DNA of 36,236 bases from a virus. Its lineage: Duplodnaviria > Caudoviricetes. This document shows, one piece after another, positions 25,857 to 34,545 of the stretch (position 1 is its first letter; every line of letters starts with the position of its first letter). The translations under genes were made by a program, and so were the position numbers. Where the stretch lies: IMG/VR virus record IMGVR_UViG_3300016674_000005, positions 1 through 36,236 of that record; one strand, 5' to 3'. Below the pieces are notes generated by a model that was not told the DNA's origin, searched no databases, and was given only the letters and a program-made list of their open reading frames with translations.

Positions 25857-27086
25857 TTACTTCTTGGCAGTTATTACAACTTCTCCGCCATCACCTTTTG
25901 AAGCTGTTGGCTCTTGTGCTACGAAGTTAACGCTTACCGCGATTACGTCTTCGATAGCAGTTTGTGGGAAGTCAAATTGTACAGCTGGCATAAAGAATGA
26001 TACATATGGTGCTGTTGTACCGCCAATAATTAAGTTAGCATTTGCTGACTGGGCTGAAGTAGTACGAGTATCATTGATAATCTTGCGCATTAAACCAGCA
26101 GATTCATTATCATTAACGCGTAAGTACATTGTAGCAGAACCTGTAACAGCACGTGTACCAACAAACGAACCTATCGGAGTGTTCAGAGTATTTAGTTCTT
26201 CTGGAGATAGGTAAGTTAAGTTATTGTTATAATCAAAACTTAAAGCTGTAACTGGTAGTGTGAAAGCTGTGTTACCGCTACCATCATCATAGTTAATTTG
26301 GATGGTGCTTAAACGGTTCTTGATGAAAGAGTTTGTACCTAGTGAACCATTAACAGATGTTTGGTTGTATGGGTGGTAACTAGCAGCAGCTGTAAGGTTA
26401 GTAGCGTTAGCATTAGCTGTTTTGAATACAGCCTCAGCATTAGTTTTATTAGTGCCGATTAGTTGCTTTAGGCTTAGTCCCTGCCCTGTCCAAGTAACTG
26501 TAGCAATTTCCTCGATGCCAGCATCTACAGTAGCTTGTCCTACAGAGGAGTTAGCTACCTGATAGATTACGTTATCAAGTTTGAAATACATGTGCATTTC
26601 GCTAGGAACTGCGAAGTTAGATTTTGAAGCTGCTGTATTAGCTGCGGCTGCTACGGTTGTAGTACGCAGAATACCGCCGTTTTGCCAGGCAGACTGCATA
26701 GCTGTACCTGTGCTAGGACGAGTATTAGATACCAGTGACTGCCACATGAACCAGTCAGCGACTGGGCGTGAGTTAGAGCCTAGACCTACGTTAGCTCCCG
26801 GAGCGGCGGTTGATTCTGCTCCGGTTGGGCGTAGATATACTTGTAAGTTCCAGTCAACTGGGTTAACAGCAGTGTTGAAACGCTGCTGTGAGCGGTCTGG
26901 GTCAAGTCCAGATTCTAGTGAGGTAATGTCTTGTGTAGCTGATGAGGCAGTTACCGCGAAACCGGCTAAAACTTCGAGTTTCCAAGTGTTAGACGGAGTC
27001 ATTGTAGTTGCCGCAGCTCCGCTGGCTAAGTCTACAGTAGATACATAGACCTCAGAATTTCTTTGTAAATTAAGAGCTGTACTCAT
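25857..27086 (-). CDS. Major tail tube protein (T5 pb6-like)
   Basis: N-terminus LNLQRNSEVYVST...NTWKLEVLAGF, plus RFNTAVNPVDW, FIKNRL, NNNLTYLSPEEL, GTRAVTGS; AGGAG RBS. Confidence 0.88.
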   Translation of the reverse strand: MSTALNLQRNSEVYVSTVDLASGAAATTMTPSNTWKLEVLAGFAVTASSATQDITSLESGLDPDRSQQRFNTAVNPVDWNLQVYLRPTGAESTAAPGANVGLGSNSRPVADWFMWQSLVSNTRPSTGTAMQSAWQNGGILRTTTVAAAANTAASKSNFAVPSEMHMYFKLDNVIYQVANSSVGQATVDAGIEEIATVTWTGQGLSLKQLIGTNKTNAEAVFKTANANATNLTAAASYHPYNQTSVNGSLGTNSFIKNRLSTIQINYDDGSGNTAFTLPVTALSFDYNNNLTYLSPEELNTLNTPIGSFVGTRAVTGSATMYLRVNDNESAGLMRKIINDTRTTSAQSANANLIIGGTTAPYVSFFMPAVQFDFPQTAIEDVIAVSVNFVAQEPTASKGDGGEVVITAKK

Positions 27087-27098
27087 AAATTTGTCTCC

Positions 27099-27554
27099 TT
27101 AATATTCGAGTCTATAGACTACGGATAACTCAATTTCTGCAACTCCATAAGGAAATGCTAAACCCTCGTCTTCGGTTATATTTTCTATAGTTATATCCAA
27201 TATACCGCGCTCAGGCTCATCACCTATAGAATAAATGACATGTTCAACATCTTCTACGAGATTATCTACTTGTAGCTGAGAGTTATCTTCTCCATATACG
27301 TATGCTCTTATCATAACTGTTAAAGTTGCCACCGTCAAATTTTCTGATTGAAAATTTCGCATTTCGGCACCCGCAGAAAGGTATAGAGCAGGGAAATCAT
27401 TTACTTCATCGAGGAATTTTATTTGTCTATAAACATTGTTAAACAGATTATACTTGAACTTGTATGAGTCATTATGCGGAGAAATACCGCCGTCTATAAC
27501 TTTTAGCCTCTCGACTAAAAAATTTACTATCTCAGTGCGTCTATTAAAAATCAC
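27099..27554 (-). CDS. Tail terminator protein (T5 p142-like)
   Basis: RTEIV...NVYR..KFLDEVNDFP...DEGL..PYGV pattern; directly upstream of the tail tube gene. Confidence 0.75.
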   Translation of the reverse strand: MIFNRRTEIVNFLVERLKVIDGGISPHNDSYKFKYNLFNNVYRQIKFLDEVNDFPALYLSAGAEMRNFQSENLTVATLTVMIRAYVYGEDNSQLQVDNLVEDVEHVIYSIGDEPERGILDITIENITEDEGLAFPYGVAEIELSVVYRLEY

Positions 27555-28861
27555 GCAAAAGCTCCTTGTCGCATAATACTAAAATGTCTGTTATATATTG
27601 ACTGAGCTACGTCTCTTATAGCTCGCTCAACTTGCAGTTCCGGGTGATACCCATAATGTTCTAACCCTCTGTACAGCGGGTTATAAGTGTAACTTAGTAA
27701 GTTACTTCTATAATTAGCTGTTACCTGTACACTCTGCCTAAATCTACCGCTACGTTCTTTGATATCTGGAGGAGCAGGGTCACCTACACGTTTCATGGTC
27801 TCACCTAGTCGTTTCTGCGTTAGCATAGTCCATTGAATATTAGATATGAATGCTTGCCTAGTACGGGATACTGCAGCCATTTTTTTACTGTTTTTTTGTC
27901 TAATAGAACCGTTATAAACAAGTACGGAACCTGCGTCATAAGTAATATCAGTTGTAATAACCTTATCAATAATGGTTTTTATATTGGGCGACAGGTAGCT
28001 AAAATCTTTGGCCAGAGCTTTGAGTAGTGAATCATTGACTTCGCTAGATATAGTATCCATAGTCCTACGATTTGCTTTATTAATTGCGTCGCGAATCAAA
28101 CTCTCACTAAAGACTACGTTAATAAAGACTCCCTTATCATCCCCCATAGACTCGATAGTTATACTAGCTTTATTATTTCTGTATATATCTCTCCATGTCC
28201 AACCTATAGAGGCTACTTTAGTCACACCACCAAGATTATATAGTATTCGTATGTCACTAGATTTTAGTTCAAAGTTTCTACGTAGAGCAATCGCAGCCTC
28301 ATCCTTGCCGTTTAGGATTTTTTTTAATGCTAGTTGGTCACCTTTAGCTTCTAATAGCCTATTAACAAATGACTTTTTGACCCCAACTTTAGTAGTTGAC
28401 GTAGCTTCTTTACCTGATATCTCCTTACCAGGAGTCATGGTAGATAAGTCAATAGCTGAATTGATTCCTGTAATCAAGCTTTTAGCAGTACCACTTCGCA
28501 AAGCGATGGAGCTACTAGATACAGATATAGCAGATGCTTCTGTTACGCGCTTACCATCTGTTTGTACGTTAATTAACTTCGCTTCAGCAGAAGTTAAGTT
28601 ACTATCCTCATCGTAAAGTATAAAGTCGAAAATGGCACCTTTACCGCTAGTCTCTTTAACTTTAGTTGCACCCATACTTCTTGCAATTGTTGTTTCTAAT
28701 AGAGAAGTAGTCGCAGCATACGCTTGTTTATATGCTGCGTCTACCCCACGTAATTTACTTAATCTAGTACGAGCCAGCAATAGTTGGTCTAAGCTTTTAT
28801 AAGTTTGACCGTTAGTATCAGTTACTTTATTGCTTATTTCAACGGAGAAAAACTTACGCAT
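27551..28861 (-). CDS. Tail completion / neck protein (T5 p143-like C-terminus) with long N-terminal region
   Basis: C-terminal RSGRF..SV...YTYNPLY...AIRDVAQ pattern; synteny. Confidence 0.62.
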   Translation of the reverse strand: MRKFFSVEISNKVTDTNGQTYKSLDQLLLARTRLSKLRGVDAAYKQAYAATTSLLETTIARSMGATKVKETSGKGAIFDFILYDEDSNLTSAEAKLINVQTDGKRVTEASAISVSSSSIALRSGTAKSLITGINSAIDLSTMTPGKEISGKEATSTTKVGVKKSFVNRLLEAKGDQLALKKILNGKDEAAIALRRNFELKSSDIRILYNLGGVTKVASIGWTWRDIYRNNKASITIESMGDDKGVFINVVFSESLIRDAINKANRRTMDTISSEVNDSLLKALAKDFSYLSPNIKTIIDKVITTDITYDAGSVLVYNGSIRQKNSKKMAAVSRTRQAFISNIQWTMLTQKRLGETMKRVGDPAPPDIKERSGRFRQSVQVTANYRSNLLSYTYNPLYRGLEHYGYHPELQVERAIRDVAQSIYNRHFSIMRQGAFA

Positions 28862-30186
28862 TACTTAATAATCCTATACAAGTCAAGAACCCTGCGTACA
28901 TGTGGTGGGAAGTTACCTGATAGCTCAAAGCTGTCTCCGCGCTCACCCTCAAAACTGAATGAACGTTTTTCTTGGTCTTGCTTGTATATAGTTTTGATGT
29001 AGTCGAGAGTAGCTATTTGTAAATCGTAAGGTACTTTACCGACTTCATATCCGGCTCTATAGTTAACTTTTACGCCGTTCGGGTATGGTGCAAAAGCAGC
29101 AGGCCCAGTAATGCTTAGTGCAGGGTATGACTTTTGCATTGAGCGATATGTGCGGAGTGTGCTTCCAGCACCAGTATCTTTTGTAATTTCGCCAGTGGTA
29201 GTAGAAAAGTTATATCCCTGAGGAGCGCTGTGCGCATCTTGTATATTCGCTTGCTGGTAAGTTTCATCGAAATGAATTAGTAGTGCTGTAGCTTCATCAG
29301 GTCTAAAGCGGTTTGAAGGTGGTTGAAAATCTGATACATAACGAGCTACGGTTGAAACTCGTACTTCATCTATATAGCCAGCAAATGTTTTACCTATTGA
29401 TAAGCTATTAGAGTAAGTCATATCTGTAGTAGCAACAAAAGTATTGGCTATTGTTGTGCCATTTAAATGTAGATATACTCTTTCTGAGACTGTATCTCTA
29501 GTGACAGCGACATGGTTCCAGTGACGCGGTACATATAGTTGGCTTTCGACTAGAGTATTAGCCCCTAGAATAGTAGAAGCAATCCCTGCTGTATTAGTAG
29601 TTAATGCTAGGCCATGAGCGTTAGCTAGTTTGAAATCTACAGAATTAGAAGCATTTTGCTCCATAGTAAAGATAGAGACGTTTTGCAAAGCACTATCAGT
29701 GCGGACAAACATCTCAATAGTAAAATCTCCTTCTCCAAAACGCAAGTCTGGAGATAAACTATTTGAGTAAATATACGATGTGTTTGATAACTTAGCACTG
29801 CTAGACCCAAATTTTTTAACTCTCGAACTTAGTTCGACAGTGCCTACTGATACTAAAGCAGTGCCTGGAGAGTTACCAATAGGACTCCCATCAACTTGTG
29901 GGTCAGTTAAAACAACATGCTTGCTACCGTTAAACTCTGTTACTTGATAGACTGCTGATAAAGGTAGTCTGTTAACAAAAACAGAAGAAACTCCTCCGTC
30001 AAACGTTTCAACATAGTCATTAGCTAATACTTCTTGCCCAATATAATGCTCAATAACGCCGGTAGCATAATGAATAATATTGCTCAACCTAGCATCTTGG
30101 GTATTGCTGCTTATACTAAGATAATCTTTAACTTGCGCAAGATTTATATATGCGTACTTGCCAAGACCTTCTTCTAAATTATTCAT
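28861..30186 (-). CDS. Head completion / head-tail adaptor with an inserted LamG/ConA-like domain
   Basis: Adaptor motifs INLAQVKDYL...DARL...IEHYIG and VKVNYRAGY..VPYDLQIA...VRRVLDLYR flank FTIEMFV...WNHVAVTR...GYIDEVRVS. Confidence 0.8.
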   Translation of the reverse strand: MNNLEEGLGKYAYINLAQVKDYLSISSNTQDARLSNIIHYATGVIEHYIGQEVLANDYVETFDGGVSSVFVNRLPLSAVYQVTEFNGSKHVVLTDPQVDGSPIGNSPGTALVSVGTVELSSRVKKFGSSSAKLSNTSYIYSNSLSPDLRFGEGDFTIEMFVRTDSALQNVSIFTMEQNASNSVDFKLANAHGLALTTNTAGIASTILGANTLVESQLYVPRHWNHVAVTRDTVSERVYLHLNGTTIANTFVATTDMTYSNSLSIGKTFAGYIDEVRVSTVARYVSDFQPPSNRFRPDEATALLIHFDETYQQANIQDAHSAPQGYNFSTTTGEITKDTGAGSTLRTYRSMQKSYPALSITGPAAFAPYPNGVKVNYRAGYEVGKVPYDLQIATLDYIKTIYKQDQEKRSFSFEGERGDSFELSGNFPPHVRRVLDLYRIIK

Positions 30187-30209
30187 TTTCTACACCTCTT
30201 ATTGAATAA

Positions 30210-30232
30210 GGGGAGGCGTTGACCGCCTCCCC
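30210..30232 (-). terminator. Intrinsic terminator after the major capsid gene
   Basis: GGGGAGGCG-gtcaa-CGCCTCCCC followed by TTATT on the - strand; the imperfect U tail suggests read-through. Confidence 0.75.
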
Positions 30233-30260
30233 CTGTTTAGTTCTAATTGTAAGCTAGCTA

Positions 30261-31619
30261 TTAAGCAGCAGCAGTGGAAACGTTTACTGCGTAAGCATAG
30301 CGTGAGCTTAGAGCTGCACTTGCTACAGTAGTTAGAGCTTTGAAATCGAAGCGAGTGCTTAGATACATTGCTGTAACTTGCTGACGTGGTTCGTATTCAC
30401 TTTCTACTTCAATACCGCGACGCTCAGCGATTAGGAAGCCTGGCTTATAGATTAGAGTACCGATTGTATTAGAAGCAGCAGCTGCAGAGTCCATGAACTC
30501 AGAAACTACGATTGGAATACCATATACAGCACCTACAGAACCAGTTAGATAAGTAGCGTTTGGTCCAAACTTATCTACTGTACGGAAGTCAGAAGTAGTT
30601 ACTAGGTTATTATAACCTTCGATAGAAGTTACATAAACTAGGTCGTTACCAAGCTGTAGACCATATTTACCCATAAGAGTACGAGCAGCAGCGATATCGC
30701 TTGGGTCGGCCTTATCAGTAGTAGTTCCTGTTGGAGTATTTAGAGACGCTGCTGCAGCAAGAGCAGTAATACCTTTGATAACAGAGGCATAACCAGTACC
30801 AGCAGTAATAGCGTTAGTTGGGGATGCAGTGAAGCCGGATAGAGCGCCAGTACCACGTAGGATGGACTTATCAATAGCGCGAGCTAGACGGCGAGTAGCT
30901 GCAGTACGTAGGAAGTCGATAAGTGGTAGAACTGTATCTTCTTCTTCGTCTTTTGCAAGGTGAGTAGAAGCCATGAACTTGTGTGGAGTAAACTCAACTG
31001 CAGAAATGCTGTGCTGATTGGATGTTGGTACGTTAGTTAGGTCAGCAATACCTGTTGCGTAAGTACCGCTAGCGAACATTGCTACATCACCATCAGTATC
31101 TTCGTCAGCTACTGGAACGCGGAAGCTCTTAGCATCAACTGGAATACGGTTGAACATTGGAGCAATAACTAGTTGCTGTTCCATTTCAGTGTAGATGTTG
31201 GAAGAGAAGTTGGATAGGAATAGGGTTTCGGAAGTAATTGCCTTCATACGGGAACCGTACTTAGTATCAAATACATCGCGCTTGTTTAGTAGCTTGGAAA
31301 GTAGAACAGCGTTAGCCATTTCTTTCTCAGAGAACTGAGAACCAGTGCGAGAGTTTTCTGCGTATAGCATTTTGCTATTCTGCAGAGCTTTAATCTCGTC
31401 ACGATACTTTGCCATCTGAGCCTGAAGTTCTTTAACTTCATCAGATTGTGTTGGTGTATAAGCACCAGCTTTTTCTTTTGCATCAGCTTCCTTGAGAATA
31501 GCTTCACCAGTTTTTTCAACTAGATCAGCAACTCGTGGTGCTGAGACAGTAGCCACGCTTTTGTTAACTTCGGCTTTTGCCTCGGTTAGGTCGATAGATT
31601 CTACGACTTGTTCAGCCAT
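30261..31619 (-). CDS. Major capsid protein from an internal in-frame start (452 aa, MAEQVVE...)
   Basis: AAGGAG (31634-31629) lies 9 nt before in-frame ATG 31619; the product begins with a coiled-coil delta-domain-like region. Confidence 0.72.
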   Translation of the reverse strand: MAEQVVESIDLTEAKAEVNKSVATVSAPRVADLVEKTGEAILKEADAKEKAGAYTPTQSDEVKELQAQMAKYRDEIKALQNSKMLYAENSRTGSQFSEKEMANAVLLSKLLNKRDVFDTKYGSRMKAITSETLFLSNFSSNIYTEMEQQLVIAPMFNRIPVDAKSFRVPVADEDTDGDVAMFASGTYATGIADLTNVPTSNQHSISAVEFTPHKFMASTHLAKDEEEDTVLPLIDFLRTAATRRLARAIDKSILRGTGALSGFTASPTNAITAGTGYASVIKGITALAAAASLNTPTGTTTDKADPSDIAAARTLMGKYGLQLGNDLVYVTSIEGYNNLVTTSDFRTVDKFGPNATYLTGSVGAVYGIPIVVSEFMDSAAAASNTIGTLIYKPGFLIAERRGIEVESEYEPRQQVTAMYLSTRFDFKALTTVASAALSSRYAYAVNVSTAAA

Positions 31620-32828
31620 TTTGTCGTTCTCCTTTGTTGAATCTTCGTGAAGGGCTTCTGAGGATTGTTCTTTAGAAACTGTATCTTCACTCATAGTCTT
31701 AATTGTTTTATTGATTTGTGATATCTCGTCTGTATTCACATTAATAGTATTATCACAGTCTTTACCGTTCGCGTCAACTTCTAAAAATTTAAAGTTTGGG
31801 TTTTGGACAGTTGGCGTCTCGGCTACCTTGTAGAATTTTTCTTTGTAATTTACAAGGTCTCCAGCTTTGATACTTTCTACTTCTGCAGATAGCAGATTGA
31901 TAAACGGAATACTAGCATTAGGGTCTACTATATCGTCTATCTCTTCGACTTCCTCAGTTTCTTCAACTGCGGCAACGTCTTTAGTAGCTGTTTCTAGCTC
32001 AGATTTTTCACTTAGTTCTTCTGACTTACCAATTGCTTCTAATTCAGAAGGAGATAGAGGACGCTCATTAATTTCAGCCTCTTCTTCAGTTGCAACAGGG
32101 ACACCTACTACAGCTATTGAGTGTGTGTGCCCCATAGCTTCTTGTATCTCACCATTTACAATTTTATGTGCGTGGTTTTGCATATGAGAAGTATAAGTTG
32201 TAACACCATTACCTTCATCATCTACTTCAATAGTGTGGTAGTGACCATCAACTATATCTGTATAACCAGCTTTGATTCCGTCCATCATTCTTTTTTCTTC
32301 AATGGAAGCTTCTTTAAAAGAAGAGATGAATGAATTATACTCTTCAGTATTTTCAAAGCTTTTTCTAATACTGAATAGAGATTCTTGGTTACAAGGCACG
32401 CTTACTACTGAGATTTCTAGTAGTTCAACGTCTGTAATCAGCATAGTGTCATCTTTGCTGTTATATTTACCGTCTTTGACTCTAAAGCCAACACTGAAAC
32501 TTTTTAAAGCTCCATCTTTGATTAGCGTATGGATTCCGTGTGTTTTCTCAGCGGCTTCACTTACGCTACCTTCCACATAAATACCTTTTTTATCAACCGT
32601 AATTTTATCAAAACGGCCAATAGGGCATTCATGCTTGTGTTGATATAGCATAACAGGGTTTTTTCTAAAATTCTCTACGCCTTTTGCCCATGCTTCGGCT
32701 GTAACAACATCTCCTGCACGGTCTTTGGCAGTAGTATTGGCATACCCTGCTATTTTTAAGGATTTAGATTCCTTACCTACAGCTTTAGCTTCGAAAGAAC
32801 TATCTAAATAAAATGTTTTATTAATCAT
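30261..32828 (-). CDS. HK97-type prohead protease-major capsid protein fusion
   Basis: Protease motifs IAGYANT..DRAGD, MLYQH, FSVGF, LLEISVVSVPCN; His-rich/acidic linker; C-terminal HK97-fold capsid region. Confidence 0.9.
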   Translation of the reverse strand: MINKTFYLDSSFEAKAVGKESKSLKIAGYANTTAKDRAGDVVTAEAWAKGVENFRKNPVMLYQHKHECPIGRFDKITVDKKGIYVEGSVSEAAEKTHGIHTLIKDGALKSFSVGFRVKDGKYNSKDDTMLITDVELLEISVVSVPCNQESLFSIRKSFENTEEYNSFISSFKEASIEEKRMMDGIKAGYTDIVDGHYHTIEVDDEGNGVTTYTSHMQNHAHKIVNGEIQEAMGHTHSIAVVGVPVATEEEAEINERPLSPSELEAIGKSEELSEKSELETATKDVAAVEETEEVEEIDDIVDPNASIPFINLLSAEVESIKAGDLVNYKEKFYKVAETPTVQNPNFKFLEVDANGKDCDNTINVNTDEISQINKTIKTMSEDTVSKEQSSEALHEDSTKENDKMAEQVVESIDLTEAKAEVNKSVATVSAPRVADLVEKTGEAILKEADAKEKAGAYTPTQSDEVKELQAQMAKYRDEIKALQNSKMLYAENSRTGSQFSEKEMANAVLLSKLLNKRDVFDTKYGSRMKAITSETLFLSNFSSNIYTEMEQQLVIAPMFNRIPVDAKSFRVPVADEDTDGDVAMFASGTYATGIADLTNVPTSNQHSISAVEFTPHKFMASTHLAKDEEEDTVLPLIDFLRTAATRRLARAIDKSILRGTGALSGFTASPTNAITAGTGYASVIKGITALAAAASLNTPTGTTTDKADPSDIAAARTLMGKYGLQLGNDLVYVTSIEGYNNLVTTSDFRTVDKFGPNATYLTGSVGAVYGIPIVVSEFMDSAAAASNTIGTLIYKPGFLIAERRGIEVESEYEPRQQVTAMYLSTRFDFKALTTVASAALSSRYAYAVNVSTAAA
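31749..31777 (-). promoter_or_regulatory. Putative intragenic sigma70 promoter for the major capsid protein
   Basis: TTGACG (31777-31772), 17-nt spacer, GATAAT (31754-31749), with extended -10 TG. Confidence 0.62.
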
Positions 32829-34074
32829 TAGTTGTTTCCTCGCTCACAGACGCTGAATCAGAGTCTGGTCTACCACCAGTTGCTGGATTCGCTGCGCTTC
32901 CAGTAATATTCTGCGGTATTCTTATTGTATCAAGCCCATCAATTTTGGCAAATCTTAAACCTTCACGAGCTTCATTTGGTGTAATGATTCCCGTGTTAAC
33001 TAAAGTTGCATAATAGGAGGCTTGAGTCTTATTATCTGGCTGAAGTGCTGGCACTGCTAACCTATCTGGTCTAATAGCTACACTTGTATTAAAATAATGT
33101 GAAAATGCGCTAGAAAACTGATTTAAAATAGGCAGCACTGTATGTAAATAGAATAGCTTTTGGTTTGCATCTATATTTGCATTGTTACCAGACTTCATTA
33201 ACACGTACGGCACGCCTAGCGCTTTTGCCATGTCTTGCTGTATGCGTTCTATAGACTCTTCAAAATCAAGCTGGTCGAAGTTGACTGTAGAAAAACGGTC
33301 AATCTTTAATCCACCGTCTAAAATAGCTGGATTTCTGGCGCCATCAAATATAGTAGTATACGTAGAGCGCCAAGCTTCTAATAGTCGTTGTTTAACTCTA
33401 GCTGATAGTATGTTATCAGTAGTTAGAACAAAACCTGGCAGAGCGTTGTTTTTGAAAAACTGACGTTGGAAATTAATCATATAGTAGTAAAGCTCAATCA
33501 AACGAAGAATTGGCTTTAGCTTAGAGGTGCCTCTAAATATAGAGTGCTCATTTTCATTCATTATATGTATAATTTCATTTGGCTCAAAACGAATAGCGGT
33601 AGACTTTCTAGTCTGTTTATTGAATCCGTAGTGGTCTGTAGAACGCTGGTTACTCACTAAGTAGTTGTAGTGGGATACGAAAGTTTTTTCGTCAGGCACA
33701 ACTTCAACATCATTAGCAGGAAGAAGATATAAACTCTCTCCGTCATAGTGAAAGAACACATTACCGTCTAAATGAAAATCTAAAAAAGCGCGCCTAAATA
33801 GACGCACTCTATCCTCAAAAGGATTCGGTTTAACATTGAGTAGCTTATTGATTTTCTTTGCAGGCCCATTGCCTTCAATAATTAAAGGAACTTCTACGCA
33901 GGCACTAATTACCATTTCTATAGCTCGGTGTATAATTTCGATTTCTCTATACGCCTGCTCATAGTCTACTATTGTTTCAGGGGATGCAAAAGGTTCTAAC
34001 GACGCAATTGAAGGTTGCGCCGGATTTAGCTTTTCTGATACCCAAGTTCTCCATGAACCGTTATTATTAGACAT
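32821..34074 (-). CDS. Portal protein (HK97 family)
   Basis: Motifs LLNVKPNPF, LDGNVF, EIIHI, FFKNNALPG, ILDGG, ALGVP, GIITPNEAR. Confidence 0.93.
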   Translation of the reverse strand: MSNNNGSWRTWVSEKLNPAQPSIASLEPFASPETIVDYEQAYREIEIIHRAIEMVISACVEVPLIIEGNGPAKKINKLLNVKPNPFEDRVRLFRRAFLDFHLDGNVFFHYDGESLYLLPANDVEVVPDEKTFVSHYNYLVSNQRSTDHYGFNKQTRKSTAIRFEPNEIIHIMNENEHSIFRGTSKLKPILRLIELYYYMINFQRQFFKNNALPGFVLTTDNILSARVKQRLLEAWRSTYTTIFDGARNPAILDGGLKIDRFSTVNFDQLDFEESIERIQQDMAKALGVPYVLMKSGNNANIDANQKLFYLHTVLPILNQFSSAFSHYFNTSVAIRPDRLAVPALQPDNKTQASYYATLVNTGIITPNEAREGLRFAKIDGLDTIRIPQNITGSAANPATGGRPDSDSASVSEETTND

Positions 34075-34102
34075 TTACACGTTTATCCTTTACTATTACT
34101 CT

Positions 34103-34131
34103 ATAATATATACTTTTTATAGAGAGTTCAA
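34103..34131 (-). promoter_or_regulatory. Putative promoter upstream of the portal gene, overlapped by an inverted repeat
   Basis: TTGAAC, 17-nt spacer, TATTAT. Inverted repeat CTCTATAA-10nt-TTATAGAG at 34099-34124. Confidence 0.45.
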
Positions 34132-34153
34132 ATAGTATATTTTTTTAAAATGG

Positions 34154-34537
34154 TTATTGCTCTGTTTGATGCTTAGCGCGTTGATTTTCTAACCAGTTTT
34201 TTATTTTTGGTGCTAGCGAGTTACTATATGTTTGGCCGTAAATGTTGTGTAACCTTTTATGATGGTTACTACATAACGTATATAAATTTTCATGACTCAG
34301 TTTATCCCCGTAGTCTGATGCAAACTGCACGCGCAGCTCTTTAATTTGTTGCTCGGTTGTAACAGCTTTTATACGATGCTGAGTACACCATAGGTTAAAT
34401 AATTCACTAACACTATATAAATGGTGTAGCTCAAGGCTCTGTAACTCGCCACAGATGTAGCAGCAATCACGTAATTTATAATCTTTTTTGATATAGTCTC
34501 TTACATATTTGACTATTTCTCGTTTTAACTCTGCCAT
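34154..34537 (-). CDS. HNH endonuclease (T5-like nicking / packaging-associated)
   Basis: CYICG...LELHH...TLCSNHHKRLH motif; lies between terminase and portal as in T5. Confidence 0.82.
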   Translation of the reverse strand: MAELKREIVKYVRDYIKKDYKLRDCCYICGELQSLELHHLYSVSELFNLWCTQHRIKAVTTEQQIKELRVQFASDYGDKLSHENLYTLCSNHHKRLHNIYGQTYSNSLAPKIKNWLENQRAKHQTEQ

Positions 34538-34545
34538 GTTACCTC

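Noticed and set aside
34154-34537. HNH gene as a mobile homing endonuclease
   Set aside because: Its position between terminase and portal matches the conserved T5-like arrangement, so a packaging or nicking role is more likely.
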